Positions 59,790 to 64,000 of a stretch of 64,000 bases of DNA are shown one piece after another. The stretch covers positions 49,170 to 113,169 of the forward strand of contig DASZCN010000114.1 in the NCBI GenBank assembly GCA_035943095.1, written 5' to 3'. A program made the translations under genes and the position numbers. Every line of letters begins with the position of its first letter. Positions within the stretch are counted from its first letter, which is position 1. The notes under the pieces are model-generated. The model had not been told where the DNA came from. It saw only the letters and a program-made list of their open reading frames with translations, and ran no database searches. The stretch is from Gemmatimonadales bacterium. GTDB taxonomy: Bacteria > Gemmatimonadota > Gemmatimonadetes > Gemmatimonadales > GWC2-71-9.

Positions 59790-62700
59790 TCAGCGCCCCG
59801 GTAGGACGTACCCGCGGCCGCGAATCGCGACGAGGAGTGTCGGCACCGCAAAGAGGGTGATGGGCGTCGAGAGCGCGAGGCCGCCGATGACCGCCAGGGC
59901 GAGCGGGCGCTGCAGCTCGCTCCCGGCGCCGATGCCGAGCGCAAGGGGCAGCAGGCCGAACAGGGTGCAGAGCGTCGTCATGAGGATCGGCCGGAGTCGC
60001 ACACGCGCCGCCTCGCGGATCGCGACCTCGAGCGTCACCCCTTCGGCCTGCATCCTGAGTCGGGTGAAGTCGAGGAGGATGATTCCGTTTTTCACGATCA
60101 GACCGACCAGCAGGATCAGCCCCATGAATGATGAGACGTTCAGCGCCGTGCCCGTGGTCAGGAGCAGCGTGAGCGCGCCTACGAACGAGACTGGGGCGAC
60201 GAGGAGCACGATCAGGGGCTCGACGAACGATTCGAACTGCACGACCATCACGGCGCATACACTCATGACCGCAATCCCGAGCACGAGCAGCAACGCCCGA
60301 AACGCCTCCTGCTGACTCGCGTACTGGCCGCCCAGGGCGACGCGCACGCCGCCGGGTGGCGGCTGGGCGCCGAGCACCCGCTGTACGTCTCCCATTACGC
60401 CGCTGAGCGAGCGGCCGGTTACGTCGGCGGTCATCGCGACCATCTGCTGCTGGTTCTCACGTTCCAACGCGAGCCGAGACTCGGCGGGGTCGAAGCGCGC
60501 GAGGCTCCCGAGCGGCGTCACGCGGCGCGCGCGGGCGCCGAGCAGGGGGAGGGCGCGTAGACGCAGCGGGTCGAACCGCACCGAGTCGGGCGCCCGCACG
60601 CGCACGGCGATCGGGCGGTCGCCGATGCGGACCTCGCCGGCCCGGACCCCCAGCAGCGCCGCGGTGACCGCATTGCCCACGTCCGCGGGCGTCATCCCGA
60701 TACGATCCGTCTCGGCCTGGTTCATCCGCATCATCAGCTCGGCCGATGGCTCGCTCACGCCGTTGTAGAGGTCGGCCAGGCCGTCGATCCGCTGGAGATC
60801 TGGAGCCAAACGCCGCGCGTACGCTTCGAGGGTGTCCAAGTCCGGGCCGAACAGCTTGATCTCGACGGGTCGCGCCGCACCGGCGAGGTCATTGATCACG
60901 TCGGAGAGGATCTGTACGAACTCGATGTGCAGGCGCGGGACGGCCGCCGTGACCTTGTCGCGGACGTCGTCCATGACGGCGAAGATGTCGCGGGAGCGCT
61001 CGCCGATGGGTCGCAGACGCGCGACGATGTCGCCCCGGTTCTGCTCGGTGGCGAAGAGGCCGAGCTCGGCGCCCGTGCGGCGCGAGGTGCCCGTGATTTC
61101 GGGCGTGGCGGCGAGAATACGCTCGGCGATTCCTACTTGGCGATTCGTTTCGGCGAGGGCCGTGCCGCCCGGCGTGAAGTAATCGAGCACGAACGCGCCT
61201 TCGTCCATCTCGGGCAGGAAGCCGGAGCCGACGAACTGCCCGAGGCCGACCCCCGCGGCTGCGAGCACGAGGGCGGCGACGACGATCCGCCGCGGATGAT
61301 GCAGCACAGCGGCGAGTGCCCCTTCGTACTGGGGGCCAAGCGCGTCGAGGGCCCGCTGCGCGCGGGCGAGAGGGCCGGCGGCAGTGGCGGCCACCTCGTG
61401 CGGTGTGACGAACTGCTCGGCGAGGAGCGGGATAATCGTGAGGGCCAAGCCGAGGGACACGAGCACGGCGACCGTGAGTGTGGTCGCGAGCGCGGCGAAA
61501 AACTGCCCGACGACACCCTGCAGCAAGCCGAGCGGAAGGAAGACCACGACGGTCGTGATGGTGGAGGTCGTGACCGGCCAGATCAGCTCTTGAACCGCGC
61601 CGCGAATCGCGGCACTGCGGTTAGCCGCGAGCGCGAGATGCCGCGCGATATTCTCGGTGATGACGACGGCGTCGTCGATCACCAACCCGATCGCAATGGC
61701 CATCGCACCCAGCGTCATCAGGTTGAAGGACTGCCCCAGGAGGCGCATCACGAAGACCGTGATCACGAGCGTGAGCGGGATCGACGTGGCGCTGATCGCC
61801 GTGATCCGGGCGTGTCGCAGAAACAGGAGCAGCACCAGGACGGCGAGCGCCGCGCCGACAAGCATCGCGTCTCGGACGGCCCTCACGGCATCGCGCACCA
61901 GCGCCGCCTGGTCGTAGACCGCCTTGAGGTGTACGCCCGGCGGCAAACTCGGCGCGAGCGTTGCGGCGATCCGTGCCACGCTGTCCGCGATCGCGACGGA
62001 GTTACCGCCGATCTGGCGCGTGATGTTGAGAAGGGCCGCCGGCTTACCGTCCCCGGCGATGATCCGCACGTGATCCTCGGTGCCGAGCCGCACGCCGGCG
62101 AGATCCCGCACGCGGAGGCCGTTCCGAACCACGACGGCGCCGATGTCGTCCGCGCTGCGCGCTTCCTGGTCGGTGACGATCAGGTACTGGCGGTAGTCCT
62201 GGGCGACCCGGCCCACCGCCTGCACCGTGACCGCCTGCCGGATCGCGTCGGCTAGATCCTCGTAGGTCAACTCCTCCGCCGCAAGGCGCGCCGGGTCGGC
62301 GATGACCTCGATTTCCCGTACGTCCGCCCCCTGCACGTCCACGCGGCCCACCCCCGGGACGCGGGAAATCAGCGGCTTGATATCGTAGCGGGCGATGTCG
62401 TACAGCGTCGCCGGATCGCCGCCCTCGAGGTTGTAGGACAGCACCGGAAAGAGCGATGGCGTGAGCTGCTCGACTTCGACGTCGAGATCGGGCGGCAGCT
62501 GGCTCTGGACCTGGTTGACGCGCGCCCGCACGAGCTGCAGGGCGTACGTCATGTCGGTGCGCGGCGCGAACGTAATCTGGATCTCCGCGGCGCCGCGGAT
62601 CGAGTGCGAGCGTACTCGGGTCACCCCGGGGACTACACTGACGGCTTCCTCGATCGGTCGGGTGACGCTGAACACCACCTGGCGGGCGCCCAGGCTCGAG

Positions 62701-62852
62701 CCCTCGGCCACCACCGTGACGCGGGAGAACTGGAGCTCGGGATAGATGGCCGACGGCAGCGCGAGGGCCGCCCATACGCCGGCCGCGCTGAGCACCGTCA
62801 CCACGAGGTAGACGAACCGCCGCTGGCGGGACAGGACGTCGAACAGGTTCAC
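59790..62852 (-). CDS. RND efflux transporter permease (CzcA/CusA/AcrB superfamily)
   Basis: 1020 aa with 12-TM RND topology and two large periplasmic loops. It is coupled to the adaptor gene by 4 nt. Confidence 0.93.
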   Translation of the reverse strand: MNLFDVLSRQRRFVYLVVTVLSAAGVWAALALPSAIYPELQFSRVTVVAEGSSLGARQVVFSVTRPIEEAVSVVPGVTRVRSHSIRGAAEIQITFAPRTDMTYALQLVRARVNQVQSQLPPDLDVEVEQLTPSLFPVLSYNLEGGDPATLYDIARYDIKPLISRVPGVGRVDVQGADVREIEVIADPARLAAEELTYEDLADAIRQAVTVQAVGRVAQDYRQYLIVTDQEARSADDIGAVVVRNGLRVRDLAGVRLGTEDHVRIIAGDGKPAALLNITRQIGGNSVAIADSVARIAATLAPSLPPGVHLKAVYDQAALVRDAVRAVRDAMLVGAALAVLVLLLFLRHARITAISATSIPLTLVITVFVMRLLGQSFNLMTLGAMAIAIGLVIDDAVVITENIARHLALAANRSAAIRGAVQELIWPVTTSTITTVVVFLPLGLLQGVVGQFFAALATTLTVAVLVSLGLALTIIPLLAEQFVTPHEVAATAAGPLARAQRALDALGPQYEGALAAVLHHPRRIVVAALVLAAAGVGLGQFVGSGFLPEMDEGAFVLDYFTPGGTALAETNRQVGIAERILAATPEITGTSRRTGAELGLFATEQNRGDIVARLRPIGERSRDIFAVMDDVRDKVTAAVPRLHIEFVQILSDVINDLAGAARPVEIKLFGPDLDTLEAYARRLAPDLQRIDGLADLYNGVSEPSAELMMRMNQAETDRIGMTPADVGNAVTAALLGVRAGEVRIGDRPIAVRVRAPDSVRFDPLRLRALPLLGARARRVTPLGSLARFDPAESRLALERENQQQMVAMTADVTGRSLSGVMGDVQRVLGAQPPPGGVRVALGGQYASQQEAFRALLLVLGIAVMSVCAVMVVQFESFVEPLIVLLVAPVSFVGALTLLLTTGTALNVSSFMGLILLVGLIVKNGIILLDFTRLRMQAEGVTLEVAIREAARVRLRPILMTTLCTLFGLLPLALGIGAGSELQRPLALAVIGGLALSTPITLFAVPTLLVAIRGRGYVLPGR

Positions 62853-63913
62853 CGTGGCGGACGGACGATCTTCGCGCCGTCGTCGATGCCGTAGGCACCG
62901 GTCGCGACCACGGTCTCGCCGGCCTCGAGGCCCGAAACGATCTCGACCACGGCCTCGCCCCGCGCGCCCGGTGTGACCGCCCGGGCGTGCGCCACACCGG
63001 CGCTGTCGACCACGAACACGCGGTAGCCGTCGCCCGCGGGCACGAGTGCCTCGAGCAGGATCGTCACCGCGTGGAGGTGCACGGCGGTGATGATACGGCC
63101 GAACAAGGACTCACCAATCCGGAGGGGTCGCGTGGGGTGGGCGAGTCTGGCGCGCACGAGGACGGCGCGCGACGCCGAGTCCACCGCTGCTCCCACGGCG
63201 GAGAGCGCTCCCTGCCCCAGCGGCTCCCCGCCCGCCCCTTCCCCGGCGCTCACCCGCACCGAATCCCCGACGCGCATCCCCGCCGCCTCAGCGGGGGCGA
63301 CGTTGAAGACGACGTCCAACGCACGCGGATCCGCCACGGCCACGAGCGGCTGACTCGGGTCAACCGACGCTCCGAGCACGGCGCTCATGCGGGTGACGAC
63401 GCCGGCGAGCGGCGCGCGCAGCGTCGCGAGCTGCTGAGCGCGGCGAGCGAGGACCGCCGCCGATTGAGCCTGCGCCAAGTCCGCCGCGGCCTGATCGGCG
63501 TCTTTCTGCGGCAGGATGCCGGCTTCGACGAGCCGGACGGCCCGAGCGTGGGCGTGCTCGGCCGCTTCGAGCGCCGCCTCCGCGCTCCGCGCCGCCGCGT
63601 CGAACGGGGCGCGCTCGAACTCGATCAACGAGTCCCCCTCGGCCACTTGCTGGCCGGGTGAGACGAAAATCCCCGCTACGCGGGTCGGGGCCGGCGCTGC
63701 GAGCTCGGCGAACCGTCCCGGCCGCGGGAGGACCGTGCCGATGGCGCGCACGACCTGAGGGAATGCCTGGAGGGTCGCCACGGCGGTGCCGACCCCGACG
63801 ACGGGTTGAGAGTCCGAGGGCGCTCCCGCCGGCGAGTCCTCGTCGCCGTGCGCGCGGTTCCGGCACGCGGCGACCGCCAGCGCGATCGCGACGAGCAGCG
63901 TTCCCCGGGTCAC
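62849..63913 (-). CDS. RND efflux periplasmic adaptor (membrane fusion protein)
   Basis: 354 aa with a GTG start and lipobox LAVAAC. It has a coiled-coil hairpin (AAARSAEAALEAAEHA...AAADLAQAQSA) and beta-barrel domains. Confidence 0.88.
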   Translation of the reverse strand: MTRGTLLVAIALAVAACRNRAHGDEDSPAGAPSDSQPVVGVGTAVATLQAFPQVVRAIGTVLPRPGRFAELAAPAPTRVAGIFVSPGQQVAEGDSLIEFERAPFDAAARSAEAALEAAEHAHARAVRLVEAGILPQKDADQAAADLAQAQSAAVLARRAQQLATLRAPLAGVVTRMSAVLGASVDPSQPLVAVADPRALDVVFNVAPAEAAGMRVGDSVRVSAGEGAGGEPLGQGALSAVGAAVDSASRAVLVRARLAHPTRPLRIGESLFGRIITAVHLHAVTILLEALVPAGDGYRVFVVDSAGVAHARAVTPGARGEAVVEIVSGLEAGETVVATGAYGIDDGAKIVRPPR

Positions 63914-64000
63914 GGTTGGTCCGACATCGAGGTGAGTTGGACCGCGGCCGCGGCATTATTCGCCGTTGCGACGTCATCGATGTAGCGCCCGAGCGCCTCT
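63910..64000 (-). CDS. 3' end of an upstream gene, possibly the outer-membrane factor of the RND system
   Basis: The reverse frame reads ...EALGRYIDDVATANNAAAAVQLTSMSDQP-stop, with TGA overlapping the adaptor GTG (GTGA). The assignment rests on operon position only. Confidence 0.35.
   Translation of the reverse strand, partial: EALGRYIDDVATANNAAAAVQLTSMSDQP

Noticed and set aside
58687-60258. 523-aa minus-strand ORF overlapping the beta-propeller gene and the RND 3' end
   Set aside because: It is a shadow ORF. The plus-strand beta-propeller protein and the minus-strand RND frame both give coherent family-like sequence.

Overview
High-GC (~70% by eye) bacterial chromosomal segment, densely coding: about 66 protein genes and one tRNA-Leu(CAA). 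I saw no rRNA, CRISPR, transposase or integrase. Many long Ala/Arg/Pro-rich ORFs in the track are antisense GC artefacts. Real genes were chosen by family motifs, signal peptides, high GC3 and frequent 4-nt ATGA/GTGA start-stop coupling. Gene content is compatible with a Gemmatimonadota-like Gram-negative, but that is inference only. Layout: (1) 1-13.3 kb is housekeeping: aroE', LMW-PTP, tsaC, ispD, radA, dnaB, UDG4, coaBC, rpoZ-gmk-yicC, a plug/barrel OMP, pepA, icd. (2) 13.4-16.5 kb holds a secreted His/Cys protein, a porin, a 4-TM protein, an FMN_bind-like protein and a lipoprotein. (3) 16.6-20.2 kb holds two divergent copies of an unrecognised small zinc-ribbon protein around tRNA-Leu, then an ECF sigma / anti-sigma / Spy-like operon. 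(4) 20.3-27.9 kb is a TetR-headed, tightly coupled acyl-CoA operon containing a short BoxB-like di-iron oxygenase. (5) 27.9-42 kb encodes secreted hydrolases (BNR lipoprotein, amidohydrolases, M16 pair, prolyl oligopeptidase) plus rplU-rpmA and an RNase E/G homologue. (6) 43.5-51.5 kb is a six-gene coupled operon, sga-mcl-mtkA/sucC-mtkB/sucD-hpr-ppc, which matches the signature gene set of the serine cycle. (7) 51.6-53.9 kb encodes a GroES-like protein, two more tandem copies of the zinc-ribbon protein and a minimal RecQ. (8) 54.1-64 kb holds a polytopic membrane protein with a vWA lipoprotein, a bacilliredoxin, an OmpR/HK pair, a beta-propeller protein and an RND efflux system. The observations most worth follow-up are the four-copy small zinc-ribbon family, the serine-cycle module, the BoxB-like operon, and a family of long palindromes built from GGAGGTTGG (SD-like) and CCAACCTCC (anti-SD-like) units, one of which lies inside radA. 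No database search was possible, so all novelty statements are unverified.
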